Part shown: positions 43,952 to 55,101 of the stretch, in pieces
How positions within the stretch are numbered: position 1 is the first letter of the stretch
Layout of the letters: every line of letters begins with the position of its first letter
DNA from: Sulfurovum sp. UBA7648
GTDB lineage: Bacteria; Campylobacterota; Campylobacteria; Campylobacterales; Sulfurovaceae
Assembly: GCA_002483605.1 (NCBI GenBank)
Contig: DLIG01000021.1
Coordinates: 322,432 to 386,431, forward strand
DNA: 64,000 nt
Reading direction: 5' to 3'
Made by a program: the position numbers and the translations under genes
The notes under the pieces: model-generated
Told to the model about the DNA's origin: nothing
Seen by the model: only the letters and a program-made list of their open reading frames with translations
The model's database searches: none

Positions 43952-45376
43952 TTAAAATAACTGTTTTAGCCATGTTGACAGCCTGTTTATATAATTATTT
44001 TGTTTATCTGCTCTTGTTAGATCTTCCAAACAAAAGGATTGTGCATTATCTCCTTTTGTTTGATCTTCAAATAACAAGTGATCATCATCTTCATATCTAT
44101 TTTTTTGATTTTTTCTTTGTTCTTGATAGTCGTCTACAGAATTATTATGTATTTTGATATCATGCAAATTTTCATTTTCTATTGCTTTTGAATGCAATAG
44201 TTCTTGAGCGTAATTTATTTCATACTCAGTATGACTTCCGGCTTTGTGCAGCAATAATCCTATAGCCGATGCAAATGCAGGGTTTTTAAGCTCTTCGAAC
44301 ATCCCTTTGATATTTTCTGTATTAGGTACACCTATACGAACCGGCATATTTGAAAAAATAACCTGGGCTAGTTCTCTGATGCCTTTTAGATTTGCCATGC
44401 CGCCTGTTAAGATGATACCAGAACCTATTTTCTCTTTTAAGCCGCTTTTGTCAAATATTTTTTCCAAGATCGCCAATGTCTCTTCGACTCTGGCAAAAAT
44501 AACATCATGTACAATATCTAAAGAAACAATACTTCTATTTTCTTCATTGCCGATAATAGGCAATTCTATTGTATCATTTGAGATTTCAGTTAGATTGCCA
44601 TGTCTAATTTTTATATTTTCTGCTATATTTAGAGGCGTGTGGAGGGCGATAGACAAATCACTTGTAATATTATTTGATCCGATACCAAAAAAGTCGTTAT
44701 ATCTAATAGCATTGCCTGTGTATACAGTTAGCGTGCTCGTTTGTCCGCCTAGATCCAATACCACTACGCCAAGTTCTTTATCATCGTCTTTGATGGTTGC
44801 AATAGATGATGCATATCCGTTTAAAACAATATCTTCTATTTCAACACCGGCTGATTTGACAGCTTTTTTAAGATTTGCAAGATTTGATTTTTGTGTCATA
44901 ATGATATTGACTTCAGCTTCCAACCTGCTGGCATTCATGCCAAACGGATCTTCTACAAAATCTTGATCGTCAACTTTAAAGTTATATGGCAATACATGGA
45001 TAATTTCGTATTCATTAGGAATATTTGCATTGTAAAGTGCAGTATTTAAAGCACGGTGAATCTCTTTTATGCCTATGTCTTTATGCGGAATGTTGACAAT
45101 ACCTGTAGAATTTATACTTTTTGCGTATGCATTGGATATTGATACTATGGCATTGTTGATATTGCTGCCAGATACGCGTTTCGCATCGCTGACAGCTTTT
45201 TTGATAACTTTGGAAGCTAGTTCTATATTTGTGATAGAACCTTTTTTTATACCTTGTGATTTTACAATTCCATGACCCAGTATTTGCAATTGATTATCAT
45301 CTGTTTTTTCTGCGATGATCGAACATATTTTTGTTGACCCAATGTCAATTGCTAATATAGTTTTATTCAAGATCAA
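43952..45376 (-). CDS. ftsA: Cell division protein FtsA
   Basis: Actin-like ATPase blocks DIGSTKI, LDLGGQTS and ILTGGMANL. Located immediately upstream of ftsZ. Confidence 0.95.
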   Translation of the reverse strand: MILNKTILAIDIGSTKICSIIAEKTDDNQLQILGHGIVKSQGIKKGSITNIELASKVIKKAVSDAKRVSGSNINNAIVSISNAYAKSINSTGIVNIPHKDIGIKEIHRALNTALYNANIPNEYEIIHVLPYNFKVDDQDFVEDPFGMNASRLEAEVNIIMTQKSNLANLKKAVKSAGVEIEDIVLNGYASSIATIKDDDKELGVVVLDLGGQTSTLTVYTGNAIRYNDFFGIGSNNITSDLSIALHTPLNIAENIKIRHGNLTEISNDTIELPIIGNEENRSIVSLDIVHDVIFARVEETLAILEKIFDKSGLKEKIGSGIILTGGMANLKGIRELAQVIFSNMPVRIGVPNTENIKGMFEELKNPAFASAIGLLLHKAGSHTEYEINYAQELLHSKAIENENLHDIKIHNNSVDDYQEQRKNQKNRYEDDDHLLFEDQTKGDNAQSFCLEDLTRADKQNNYINRLSTWLKQLF

Positions 45377-46841
45377 GTCCTTTTACATAAACATCAGTAG
45401 AAAAATCTTTATCAAGTTGTTTTAAAAGATTTACTTCCAAAAGCTTTCTTTTTAACTCGCTTACACCTTGATTTATCATCTGTGCCTCATTGTTATCGCT
45501 AGGAATTACCCTTTGAGCTATAATTTTGTAAACCACAACTTTGTCCGATAGATTTATTATACCCTTTTCTTTATCAGATGTAAATAATTCTTGTAAAAAA
45601 TGTAAATTTTCTTCATTATTTAATGACAATGCGTTGTCATTGTTTTTTAAAGATATCCATTTGACCGCTTGTGCATTAGCGGCATCAAAATTTTTAAGAG
45701 TATTTTTCGCAAGAGTTTGTAAAGCATTTTTGGCAGCTTCCCCGCTGTAATCTTTTACTAGATTGGTTTTTGCTTCGTCAAATGTCATTGTTTGAGGATT
45801 TGTTGTAGAGATAAGTTTGATAGTTGCATATTTATCTCCAATAACTCTTGGTTTTATAATATCTCCGTTTTTCATTTTGTCAATTTCATTTATGATATCT
45901 GAGGGGATCTTTTGATCATTTGCTGAAACTATGATCTTTTCGCTTGCTTGCAATTTTGCTTTTTTGAAATCAATGTATGCGCGTTGAGCTGTTTTTTCGG
46001 TTTTTTGCAAGCGAACCTCTTTAGTGACAATCGGCACCACTGCCGCAAGAGGAAGTTGTTTCCCGTCAAGTGCTATAAAATTATGGGCATTTGCTTTATA
46101 GAATGCCTCTAGTTCTTCTTGTGATACCACGATATTGTCGGTTGGAGTCCATAAAATTTCAATAGAATATTTTTTTGGATGCATATAATTTTGTTTATTT
46201 TTAGACCAATATTGTTGAAGTTGATTATCATCAATAGAGATCGAAACGTCTTTAGAAGTCAAGATGCTATAAGCAATTTGGTCTGATAATCCAAGCGGCA
46301 TTGATCCTGCTTTGTCTTCAAAAGGAGTAGCATTAGTATATAATAATGCAATTAATTTATTGATGATCAATTCGTCTTTTATCATATCTTCAAAAACTTT
46401 AGCTTTGATATTTTGTGATTGTAAATATTGTTCATAAATAGTTTTATCAAATTTTCCGTTATTTTTAAAACCCTCAAATGATTCAAGGGCTTTTGCAACC
46501 TCAACGTCACTTGCTATGATGCCATATTGTTTTGCTAAATTTAATATTTGAGTTTGTGTTCTTACGATATTAAAAGCTTGTTTGGCAATGCCCATTTCTT
46601 TTGCTTTTTTGTCATCCAATTTGCCTTGAAACTGCTGATTGTATTGGTTGTATAAATTACGATATGCCATATCGAATCTGTTTTGGTCTATTGTTATGTC
46701 CCCAACTTTGGCTACTTTTCCGCTATTTGCGCCAAATTGATAGCTTCCCCATCCGACAAAACCGGCACCAATAAATGCAATTGTTGCAATCCATATCGTC
46801 CATACCAAATATCTATTGTGTTTTTGCATCCAACTAATCAT
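45363..46841 (-). CDS. PpiD/SurA-like periplasmic chaperone (membrane-anchored)
   Basis: N-terminus MISWMQKHNRYLVWTIWIATIAFIGAGFVGWG is typical of PpiD. 492 aa. Confidence 0.7.
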   Translation of the reverse strand: MISWMQKHNRYLVWTIWIATIAFIGAGFVGWGSYQFGANSGKVAKVGDITIDQNRFDMAYRNLYNQYNQQFQGKLDDKKAKEMGIAKQAFNIVRTQTQILNLAKQYGIIASDVEVAKALESFEGFKNNGKFDKTIYEQYLQSQNIKAKVFEDMIKDELIINKLIALLYTNATPFEDKAGSMPLGLSDQIAYSILTSKDVSISIDDNQLQQYWSKNKQNYMHPKKYSIEILWTPTDNIVVSQEELEAFYKANAHNFIALDGKQLPLAAVVPIVTKEVRLQKTEKTAQRAYIDFKKAKLQASEKIIVSANDQKIPSDIINEIDKMKNGDIIKPRVIGDKYATIKLISTTNPQTMTFDEAKTNLVKDYSGEAAKNALQTLAKNTLKNFDAANAQAVKWISLKNNDNALSLNNEENLHFLQELFTSDKEKGIINLSDKVVVYKIIAQRVIPSDNNEAQMINQGVSELKRKLLEVNLLKQLDKDFSTDVYVKGLDLE

Positions 46842-46944
46842 CTATTTTCATCTACCTTCAATTAAAAAATTTGTACAATATTTTATTCAACTTGTTATTA
46901 AGTGTAATTGAAAAGATTGTTTTATAGATAAATAAGGATATTTT

Positions 46945-48246
46945 ATGGTAGGTCTAAATCAAGAATTAATGAAAAAAGACATGAATGTCATATGGCATCC
47001 ATGCACTCAAATGAAAGATCATGAGACATTGCCGATAATTCCCATCAAATCGGCAAAAGGTGTTTATCTGTACGATTTTGAAGACAATAAATATATAGAT
47101 GCTATCAGTAGTTGGTGGGTTAATATATTCGGCCATTCCAACTCTTATATTAATAATAAAATTAAAGAACAGTTAGAAACTTTGGAACATGTATTATTGG
47201 CTGGTTTTACACACGAACCTGCTATTAAGTTGGCACAAAGGCTTGTTGATATTACACCAGAAAGTTTAAAAAAAGTGTTTTTTGCCGACAATGGTTCAAG
47301 CGCAGTAGAGATCGCACTGAAGATGAGCTATCATTATCATCTTAATTTACAACAACAGCGTACTTTGTTTTTGTCTCTTTCAAATAGTTATCACGGAGAA
47401 ACTATAGGCGCTCTTAGCGTAGGAGATGTTTCTTTGTATAAAAAAACTTATGAGCCATTATTGCTTCAGTGCTTGCAAACTCCTGTTCCGATCGACAATA
47501 GCAAGCAAGCAGCCACAGAAGCATTAAAAAGTCTGGAATTGATATTAAAAGAGAACGGAAATAATATATCGGCAATGATCATCGAACCATTAGTGCAGGG
47601 AGCAGGCGGTATGCATATGTATCATACCGATTATTTAATCGGCGCAAGAATGCTTACGCAAAAATATGGCATCCATTTAATCTTAGATGAGATCATGACA
47701 GGATTTGGCCGTACCGGGACAATGTTTGCATGCGAACAAGCTGCCATATTGCCGGATTTTATGACATTATCCAAAGGGCTTACCGGCGGCTATCTTGCTT
47801 TGTCGGTTGTCATGACAACTGACAAGATATATAATGCATTTTATTGCGAATATAACGAATATAAAGCATTTTTACATTCTCATAGCTATACAGGAAATCC
47901 ATTGGCCTGCAGTGCAGCTCTTGCTACTCTAGAATTATTTGAACAAAGCAATATTTTGGAACAAAATAGAGAAAAAAGTTTACACATAAATACCAAGCTG
48001 GAGAAATTTAAATTGCTTGCAAATGTAAAAGAAGCAAGAGTTTTGGGTATGATAGCAGCGGTTGAACTGCAAGGATATGAAGCAAAAGAGAGAATAGGTC
48101 TGAAAATATATGAGTTTGCACTATCTAGAGGGGTTTTGCTTAGACCGCTTGGAAATGTGGTATATTTTATGCCGCCTTACATCATAACCATAGAAGAGAT
48201 AGACAAGGTCTTGGATGTTATGTATGATGCTATAAAAAGTATTTAA
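46945..48246 (+). CDS. bioA: Adenosylmethionine-8-amino-7-oxononanoate aminotransferase
   Basis: SSWWVNIFGH, LILDEIMTGFGRTG and LSKGLTGGYL class III aminotransferase/BioA blocks. Confidence 0.9.
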   Translation: MVGLNQELMKKDMNVIWHPCTQMKDHETLPIIPIKSAKGVYLYDFEDNKYIDAISSWWVNIFGHSNSYINNKIKEQLETLEHVLLAGFTHEPAIKLAQRLVDITPESLKKVFFADNGSSAVEIALKMSYHYHLNLQQQRTLFLSLSNSYHGETIGALSVGDVSLYKKTYEPLLLQCLQTPVPIDNSKQAATEALKSLELILKENGNNISAMIIEPLVQGAGGMHMYHTDYLIGARMLTQKYGIHLILDEIMTGFGRTGTMFACEQAAILPDFMTLSKGLTGGYLALSVVMTTDKIYNAFYCEYNEYKAFLHSHSYTGNPLACSAALATLELFEQSNILEQNREKSLHINTKLEKFKLLANVKEARVLGMIAAVELQGYEAKERIGLKIYEFALSRGVLLRPLGNVVYFMPPYIITIEEIDKVLDVMYDAIKSI

Positions 48247-49436
48247 AGCATATCGTCTTGATGCCTAAATAAAAACGAAAAAAGCCCTTTTTTGTTTTTG
48301 CGCATTTTATGGTAAAGATTTTGTGCTCTGTCTAGATTAAGCTCAGTAGCCTTTTTGTAGCAATATTCAGCTTGCTTGATGTCTTTTTGCGTTCCAATTC
48401 CATACTCGTAGAATTGTCCTAGGTCACAAAGTGCTTCAGCACAATCACAAGAGGCCAATTCTTTTATAAGCTCAAAGGCCTTATTGTCATCTTTTTTAAA
48501 CAAATCTCCTTTGTATAGCTCTCTAGCAAAGATCAGTTTTCCAAAGTTCGAATTTGTTGCACCAAATACAATAGCCAATTGCAATGCTTCATCATGATTT
48601 TTTAAATTTTTGAGTTTTTGCATATATGTTAGCATATTGAAAATGCCTTTGTCCGTATATCCAATTTTTGCTATATGATCCATCCATGAAGTAACTGATT
48701 TGTGAAAAACATTTATCTCTTTATCAAGATATTTTAATGCAATGTCCTGAAAGTAAGTCATGATATCCGGTATCGCCGGATATTGCTTGGTGTCGTGCGA
48801 TTTTGATTTATCAGTCAATATTTCTTTTTCTTGCTCGTCTTTTTCTTTTGTATCATTTTCCAAATCATTGATTTCATATGTTTGTGTATCCATATCATTT
48901 CCTTCCATTGGCTCGATCGATCTATTATCAATATTATCGTTTTGTATTTCTTCTATCAAATTTGATTCACAAGAATTGATAGTTTTTCTATCTTTTTCTA
49001 TGTGAATTTTAATAATTTTATCACCTTTTTGATCAAAATTAATATTTATAAAAGGGAAATGATCAGCTAAAAATTTGTTATTGTCGTTGTCAATATTAGA
49101 TTGGGGAGATATGCGTGCATGATGATTTTTGAACAGTTGAAATTCATCATCTAATATACTTGACGGTGATAGTGTATGTCTACTCTCTTTTGGCGAGTCT
49201 TCTTCGATTTGCAATTTCTGATCTTCGTGTATAGATTGTATTTTTTCTTCATTGTATAAGTCAATAAGAGCTTGAGCTTGACCATACTGTTTTTGGCGTA
49301 AGAGACTTATGATCTCTTTTATCGGCTCGTCATCTTCAAAGGGTTCAAGCTTGAGCAATTGCAGTTTTATCGTCTCGGCATCTGTCATAAATATAGCCAG
49401 CTTGATAATCTCTAGCCTTTTTTTAATTTGATTCAT
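48243..49436 (-). CDS. Hypothetical protein with an acidic central region and C-terminal Sel1-like repeat(s)
   Basis: 397 aa. The C-terminus AEALCDLGQFYEYGIGTQKDIKQAEYCYKKA fits a Sel1/TPR-like repeat. The middle is D/E/N-rich. Confidence 0.5.
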   Translation of the reverse strand: MNQIKKRLEIIKLAIFMTDAETIKLQLLKLEPFEDDEPIKEIISLLRQKQYGQAQALIDLYNEEKIQSIHEDQKLQIEEDSPKESRHTLSPSSILDDEFQLFKNHHARISPQSNIDNDNNKFLADHFPFININFDQKGDKIIKIHIEKDRKTINSCESNLIEEIQNDNIDNRSIEPMEGNDMDTQTYEINDLENDTKEKDEQEKEILTDKSKSHDTKQYPAIPDIMTYFQDIALKYLDKEINVFHKSVTSWMDHIAKIGYTDKGIFNMLTYMQKLKNLKNHDEALQLAIVFGATNSNFGKLIFARELYKGDLFKKDDNKAFELIKELASCDCAEALCDLGQFYEYGIGTQKDIKQAEYCYKKATELNLDRAQNLYHKMRKNKKGLFSFLFRHQDDML

Positions 49437-49623
49437 TAAGAATAATCCCTTTTGCTGTTAACAATTTACAATATTATATCAAAAAAATTGTCAATCTTTA
49501 CAACTCAAATATCCAGTATTGACATATGATATGTCGATATTTATTGTCATCAAATATATGCACTAAGAATGGTTGGAGTAAAAATTTGTTATCATATAAA
49601 AATTAAATATTAAAGAGTGAGTA

Positions 49624-50553
49624 GTGCCAACAAAAAGTCCGCATATACCTGTTTTGCTTAATGAAGTAATAAATAGTTTCCGCGAAGTAAAAAGTGGTTA
49701 TTTTGTTGATTGTACCCTAGGCTATGGTGGGCATAGCAAAGAGATATTGGAACATTATCCCCAATTAAAACATATAGGTATAGATAGAGACGACGAGGCA
49801 CTCGCTTTTTCTAAACAGCATTTAATGCCGTTTAGCGATAAAAGTACGTTATATAAAGGTACTTTCGCAACTCTTTTTCCTACGCTTCAGGAAAAACCTA
49901 TAGTTGCCGTGTTGGCAGATTTTGGCGTATCGTCTTTGCAATTAGATAAATTAGAAAGAGGCTTTTCTTTTTCTAGCGAAACTCTTGATATGCGCATGGA
50001 CAAAAGTGCAAAGCTTACTGCATATGATGTTGTAAACAATTACAGTTTGTCCGAATTGGAATATATTTTTAAAAATTACGGGGAGATAAAACGTTCCAAG
50101 GAATTGGCTAGTTTGATAATACTAGAGCGATCAAAGCAACCGATATGCAGTGCAAAAGCTTTAAGTGAAATTGCCTTAAAAGTTCTTCCAAAGGGCGGTA
50201 AAATACATCCTGCCACATTGGTTTTTCAAGCCATTAGAATAGAAGTCAATAATGAATTGGGAGAAATTGAAGGATTGCTTGATGCGCTAGAAGCCAGTCA
50301 TACAGAAGGTGAAATAGTATCTTTGATAACATTTCATTCCTTAGAAGACAGACTCGTTAAAAATCGTTTTACAAAATGGAGCAAAGAGTGTATTTGTGAT
50401 GATATGGCGATAAGATGCACTTGCGGGAGAAACCATGCTTTGGGCTATATGTTGAATAAAAAACCGATTACTGCAAGTTTAGAAGAGTTAAAGTATAATC
50501 CTAGAAGCAGAAGCGCTAAACTTCGCACGTTTTGTTTCACTAAATCAAAATAA
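49624..50553 (+). CDS. rsmH: 16S rRNA (cytosine1402-N4)-methyltransferase
   Basis: HIPVLLNEV, DCTLGYGGHS, ADFGVSS.QLD and SFHSLEDR-type blocks. GTG start. Confidence 0.92.
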   Translation: MPTKSPHIPVLLNEVINSFREVKSGYFVDCTLGYGGHSKEILEHYPQLKHIGIDRDDEALAFSKQHLMPFSDKSTLYKGTFATLFPTLQEKPIVAVLADFGVSSLQLDKLERGFSFSSETLDMRMDKSAKLTAYDVVNNYSLSELEYIFKNYGEIKRSKELASLIILERSKQPICSAKALSEIALKVLPKGGKIHPATLVFQAIRIEVNNELGEIEGLLDALEASHTEGEIVSLITFHSLEDRLVKNRFTKWSKECICDDMAIRCTCGRNHALGYMLNKKPITASLEELKYNPRSRSAKLRTFCFTKSK

Positions 50554-50566
50554 TAAGGAGCGGTAA

Positions 50567-50854
50567 TTGACTCACGAGCCTTATAAAGAAAATGGTATTT
50601 CGATACTATTGCTAAAAAAGATTTTATTTATAATGGGTATAGTTTTTTTACTATCATTTGTAAAAATTTATATTAGCAGTCAAATTTATTATACAAGCAA
50701 GATAGTCAATGATCTGCAGCAAGACGTGACAGTATTGAGAGCCGAAAAAAAGATGCTGGAACATAATATAGAAGCTTTACGCTTTAAAACAGAGGTTGTA
50801 GATGTAGAGATAAAGAGTTCTTTGGAACCGCCTCTTGCTGTTAAAGCCAATTAA
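50567..50854 (+). CDS. FtsL-like small membrane protein (cell division), putative
   Basis: 95 aa with one TM helix and a coiled coil, located directly after rsmH. TTG start 6 nt after an AAGGAG RBS. Confidence 0.5.
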   Translation: MTHEPYKENGISILLLKKILFIMGIVFLLSFVKIYISSQIYYTSKIVNDLQQDVTVLRAEKKMLEHNIEALRFKTEVVDVEIKSSLEPPLAVKAN

Positions 50855-50862
50855 TTGGCTTT
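50843..50862 (+). terminator. Hairpin AAAGCCAA-TTAA-TTGGCTTT overlapping the stop codon
   Basis: Perfect 8-bp stem with a 4-nt loop. The T-tail is the TTT ending the stem plus GTAAAT, so terminator function is uncertain. Confidence 0.4.
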
Positions 50863-50876
50863 TGTAAATATAACTT

Positions 50877-50885
50877 TGGTATAAT
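50877..50885 (+). promoter_or_regulatory. Extended -10 (TGgTATAAT) upstream of the 93-aa ORF
   Basis: Exact TGnTATAAT 22 nt upstream of the ATG at 50907, with an AGGAG RBS in between. Confidence 0.4.
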
Positions 50886-50906
50886 CATTATTAACAGGAG
50901 AATGAT

Positions 50907-51188
50907 ATGAATATTTTTAATGAAGAAGATGATTTTTTGGTCACAACACCAAAAGCAAATTATTTTTCAATTTCTAAGAATGCAAATCAAAATATCGTTG
51001 AGATGGAATTCGAAAAAGTTCTTGAGCGTTTAGCGGTTGCAGAAAAACTCATGGAAGACAAAGGATTGGAAGATGAGTTTGAATTGGTTTTAAATGAAAT
51101 GCGCGCTATTGGTAAAATGGAACTTGAAGATCGCGTAAACGGGCTTTTTTTGGAATTAGCCGGCAATATAGTCACGCAGTGCGAATAG
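50907..51188 (+). CDS. Hypothetical acidic protein (93 aa)
   Basis: ORF with a good RBS and a candidate promoter. No motif recognised. Confidence 0.45.
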   Translation: MNIFNEEDDFLVTTPKANYFSISKNANQNIVEMEFEKVLERLAVAEKLMEDKGLEDEFELVLNEMRAIGKMELEDRVNGLFLELAGNIVTQCE

Positions 51189-51191
51189 GGG

Positions 51192-52094
51192 ATGAGTGTG
51201 CTTAATGCAGTTGAAAGAAAAATAGAACAATATATTATTTCTTTGGAACATCCTGAAATATTGGCGCTTTATCGTAAGCTTCCGGCCGGTAAAAGATTAC
51301 GGGCTAAGTTGATTTTATATATCGCCGGGAATAATATATCATCTATTATGCTTGCTTCTATTGTGGAGATGATACACGCTGCAAGTTTGTTGCATGATGA
51401 TGTGATAGATGATGCATTGACACGCAGAAACAAGCCGTCTTTAAATGCAATTTACGGCAATAAAATCGCTATTATGTTAGGTGATGTGCTTTATTCTAAG
51501 GGGTTTAATGAATTGAGCAGATTGGACGCTAAAATAGCTCAAATAGTTTCCGATGCCGTTATCAAATTAAGCATAGGCGAACTTGACGATGTCGGGATGT
51601 CAAAAACATTCAATACCGATAAAGAGAAATATATAAAAATGATCTACGGGAAAACCGCATCTTTGATCGAGGCAAGTGCCTGTAGTGCCGCATTGTTGGC
51701 CGGCAAGTCACAAGAGAAATATCGTATTTACGGAAAAAATCTTGGATTGGCATTTCAAATGATCGATGATCTATTGGATGTTACATCAGATAGCCAAACA
51801 CTCGGAAAACCTGCCTTGCACGACTTTGAAGAAGGAAAAACCACTTTGCCGTATATCTACCTTTATGATGCTTTGAGTGATCAGGATAAAAACAGATTAC
51901 AATCTTTGCATGGTAAAATACTCTCGAAAATTGATGGTGATTGGGTGCAAGAACAGATGAAAATACATAACATCCCTCAAAAGTGCTATGCCGAGGCAAC
52001 ATTGCTAATAGAAGAAGCGATCGCTTTGATGCAAACAGAAGGGGAAACCAAGTTGCTTTCTATTGCAAAAGAGATGATAGACAGGAAGTTTTAA
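51192..52094 (+). CDS. Polyprenyl diphosphate synthase (trans-IPPS, IspB-like)
   Basis: First and second Asp-rich motifs LLHDDVIDD and DDLLD. Confidence 0.87.
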   Translation: MSVLNAVERKIEQYIISLEHPEILALYRKLPAGKRLRAKLILYIAGNNISSIMLASIVEMIHAASLLHDDVIDDALTRRNKPSLNAIYGNKIAIMLGDVLYSKGFNELSRLDAKIAQIVSDAVIKLSIGELDDVGMSKTFNTDKEKYIKMIYGKTASLIEASACSAALLAGKSQEKYRIYGKNLGLAFQMIDDLLDVTSDSQTLGKPALHDFEEGKTTLPYIYLYDALSDQDKNRLQSLHGKILSKIDGDWVQEQMKIHNIPQKCYAEATLLIEEAIALMQTEGETKLLSIAKEMIDRKF

Positions 52095-53401
52095 TGTATT
52101 ATCAAATTGTTAGCTTTAATTATAAAAATTGCGATTTGGCAAATAGGGAAAAAATTAGTTTTAGAACAGATGAAGATAAAAAAGCAATGCTGGATCGTCT
52201 TGTCGGATTTGATTTTATCCATGAGGTATTTATAGTCAGCACTTGCAACCGTACCGAAATTGTTACTGCAAATAAAGACAACTTTGCAACCTATCATACT
52301 ATTTTGGGTGTGATGAGTGAGTATAGCGAAGTTAATTTTCATCAATTAAAAGAGATGATGGAGAGATTTGATGATGAAAATGCGGTTGGACATCTGTTTA
52401 GTGTAGTTTCGTCTCTGGATTCTTTGGTTATAGGAGAATCACAGATCACAGGACAAGTCAAAGATGCATTTCGTTTTTCTTTCAAAAATGATACCGCAGG
52501 AAAAAGGCTCAATCGGCTTTTGTCGTATGCTGTGAAATGCGCTGCTGAAGTACGGAATGAAACTCAAATTTCCGCCAACCCAATATCTATAGCTTCAGTT
52601 GCAGTTTCTCAAGCAGAAGAAATTTTGCAAGACACTATGGCGGGTATGACCGCTATAGTAATAGGCACTGGTGAGATGGGCGTGTTGACTACTAAGCATT
52701 TGCTGCGTTCCGGATGCGATGTTATATTGCTTGGAAGAGACCTTAATAAAGCCAATAGCGTCATAAAAAACCTTGGAGACAATGTTAAAGTTGATACGGT
52801 TGATAATTTGGAAAAATATATAAACAGATATCGTTTGCTTTTTAGTGCTACATCATCTTCTGTACCCGTAGTTACTAAAGATATCATACATGAATGTGAT
52901 TTTAGAAGATTATGGTTTGATATAGCAATACCTAGGGACATAGAAGAGGTTGAAGACGAAAAGATCACCATATATCGCATAGACGATCTGCAGAATATTT
53001 CTAATGCTAATCATGCGCTTAGACAAGAGCAGGCATTTAGAGCCAGTGAAATAGTCTGTGAATATCAACAGGATTTTTATCGTTGGCTCAAAGCATTATC
53101 TATAGAGCCTGTCATAAAAGGCATTAGAGAGCATGCCAATGCGGCTATCGAAAAAGAACTTGCAAGAGCTATCAAGAAAGGGTTTGTTCCAGCAGAGCTT
53201 CAAGATAATTTACATAAATTGGCGATATCTATGTTTAATCAATTTTTACACAAACCAACTCAAAAGATGAGACAAAGCTCAAAAGAAAAAGAAGGTATAT
53301 CCAGCATAGAGGCGATGCAGCACATTTTTGAAGTTAATACTGAAAATGTAGATCCAAAACAATATAAAGAAGAACATCATACAAAAGGATATAAAGCGTG
53401 A
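52094..53401 (+). CDS. hemA: Glutamyl-tRNA reductase
   Basis: The ATG at 52094 (TAATG overlap with the upstream stop) gives [11 protein letters not shown]... Also STCNRTE and GESQI.GQVK motifs. The track ORF from 51983 is an upstream read-through extension. Confidence 0.9.
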   Translation: MYYQIVSFNYKNCDLANREKISFRTDEDKKAMLDRLVGFDFIHEVFIVSTCNRTEIVTANKDNFATYHTILGVMSEYSEVNFHQLKEMMERFDDENAVGHLFSVVSSLDSLVIGESQITGQVKDAFRFSFKNDTAGKRLNRLLSYAVKCAAEVRNETQISANPISIASVAVSQAEEILQDTMAGMTAIVIGTGEMGVLTTKHLLRSGCDVILLGRDLNKANSVIKNLGDNVKVDTVDNLEKYINRYRLLFSATSSSVPVVTKDIIHECDFRRLWFDIAIPRDIEEVEDEKITIYRIDDLQNISNANHALRQEQAFRASEIVCEYQQDFYRWLKALSIEPVIKGIREHANAAIEKELARAIKKGFVPAELQDNLHKLAISMFNQFLHKPTQKMRQSSKEKEGISSIEAMQHIFEVNTENVDPKQYKEEHHTKGYKA

Positions 53402-55101
53402 AGTTTACACAACTACTCATACCTACACTCAAAGAAGTACCAAATGACGCAACTTTAGCCAGTCATATTTATTTGCTTCGCGGAGGATTTATCCAAGGCG
53501 TAGGCAGTGGACTTTATAATTTCTTGCCTCTTGGGAAAATGGTACTAGATAATGTACGCAATATTGTCAAAGAAGAGCTTGATGCCGCAGGTTCCCAAGA
53601 AGTCAGCCTTGGTTTTGTTACCCCGGCATCACTTTGGATAGAGAGCGGTAGATTTGAGAAATACGGCAAAGAGCTTCTTAGGTTTAAAGACCGCAAAGAT
53701 AACGAATTTGTACTTGGGCCTACACATGAAGAGATGATGGTGAATCTTGTAAAGCAAACAGTTAAAAGCTATAAACAATTACCGTTAAATCTTTATCAGA
53801 TAAATCTAAAATTTCGTGATGAGATCCGACCTAGATTTGGGCTTATGAGAGGAAGAGAATTTCTCATGAAGGACGGATACAGCTTTCATGTTAATGAAGA
53901 GGATATGAAGCGCGAATTTGCCCTTATGGAAGAGACATACAAACGTATTTTTATTAGACTTGGACTTGAATTTAGGGTAGTTGACGCTGATAGCGGTGCA
54001 ATCGGCGGCAGCGGGAGTAAAGAGTTTATGGTGCTCGCCAATAGCGGAGAAGATACGATCGTCGTGTGCAAAGATTGTGAATATGGAGCAAATATCGAAG
54101 CAGCTGTCAGAAAGCCTGCATTTTGCGATGCTGAAGCCCCGGAAGCAAATTTTGCCAAATTCCATACACCGAACATCAAGACCATAGATGAACTGAGTGA
54201 TTTTTTTAAAGTTGATCCGTTTTACATTATAAAAACAGTTGCAATGAGAGCATTATATGACGAAGGCAGAAGTGAAATAGTTCTTTTTGTATTGAGAGGC
54301 AGCGATACCTTGCAAGAGACCAAAGCATGCAACGCCGTAAATGCAAATGAACTGATCGATGTTTCTGATACAGAATTATCTGAAGTAGGATTGTATCCTG
54401 GGTATATGGGGCCATTGGAAGTTCCAAGCGGCATAAGAGTGATAGCCGATGATGCCTTAAAAAACGCTACTCAAATGATTTGCGGCGCAAATATTGAAAA
54501 TTACCATTTTATCGGGGTAGATAGCGGTAAAATGAATGCCTCGTATCATGACCTTATAGCCGTACAAGAAGGCGATAAATGTATCTGCTGCGGCGGAGAA
54601 TTGACCTATACCAAAGGGATAGAAGTGGGTCATATCTTCCAGCTCGGTACTCGCTATAGCGAACCCCTCAAAGCGGAATTTTTAAATGAACACGGCAAAA
54701 CCCAACCATTTGTAATGGGTACATATGGTATAGGAGTAAGCAGATTGCTTGCTGCAATTATTGAGCAGCACCATGATGAAAAAGGATGCAAGTGGACAAA
54801 AGAGAGCAGCCCGTTTGCCGTTGAGATTATAGTCTCCAATGCCAAAGATGAATCTCAGAGCAAATTTGCCGAAGAGTTATATCAAGCATTAAAAGCCAAG
54901 AAGATCAAAGTACTGCTTGATGATCGTAAAGAGCGTTTTGGATTTAAGATGAAAGATTATGAATTAATAGGTATCCCTTTTGCGGTAGTAGTCGGACAAA
55001 AACTTGAAGAAGGCATGGTTGAGCTGGTTTACAGAGATGGACGTGAACCTCTTGCAATAGATACTAAAGATATTATTGATGCAGTCGTTGAACTTATCTA
55101 A
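53398..55101 (+). CDS. proS: Proline--tRNA ligase
   Basis: Class II aaRS ProRS blocks [31 protein letters not shown] and [12 protein letters not shown] start overlaps the hemA stop. Confidence 0.95.
   Translation: MKFTQLLIPTLKEVPNDATLASHIYLLRGGFIQGVGSGLYNFLPLGKMVLDNVRNIVKEELDAAGSQEVSLGFVTPASLWIESGRFEKYGKELLRFKDRKDNEFVLGPTHEEMMVNLVKQTVKSYKQLPLNLYQINLKFRDEIRPRFGLMRGREFLMKDGYSFHVNEEDMKREFALMEETYKRIFIRLGLEFRVVDADSGAIGGSGSKEFMVLANSGEDTIVVCKDCEYGANIEAAVRKPAFCDAEAPEANFAKFHTPNIKTIDELSDFFKVDPFYIIKTVAMRALYDEGRSEIVLFVLRGSDTLQETKACNAVNANELIDVSDTELSEVGLYPGYMGPLEVPSGIRVIADDALKNATQMICGANIENYHFIGVDSGKMNASYHDLIAVQEGDKCICCGGELTYTKGIEVGHIFQLGTRYSEPLKAEFLNEHGKTQPFVMGTYGIGVSRLLAAIIEQHHDEKGCKWTKESSPFAVEIIVSNAKDESQSKFAEELYQALKAKKIKVLLDDRKERFGFKMKDYELIGIPFAVVVGQKLEEGMVELVYRDGREPLAIDTKDIIDAVVELI

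Noticed and set aside
44244-44966. 240-aa plus-strand ORF inside ftsA (also 45069-45275)
   Set aside because: It is antisense to the strongly conserved ftsA coding sequence. The Ser/Ile/Phe-rich translation is typical of the reverse frame of an AT-rich gene.
51983-52093. Upstream extension of the hemA ORF (track start 51983)
   Set aside because: The extension lies inside the polyprenyl synthase gene in another frame. The ATG at 52094, in a TAATG overlap, yields the conserved HemA N-terminus [11 protein letters not shown].
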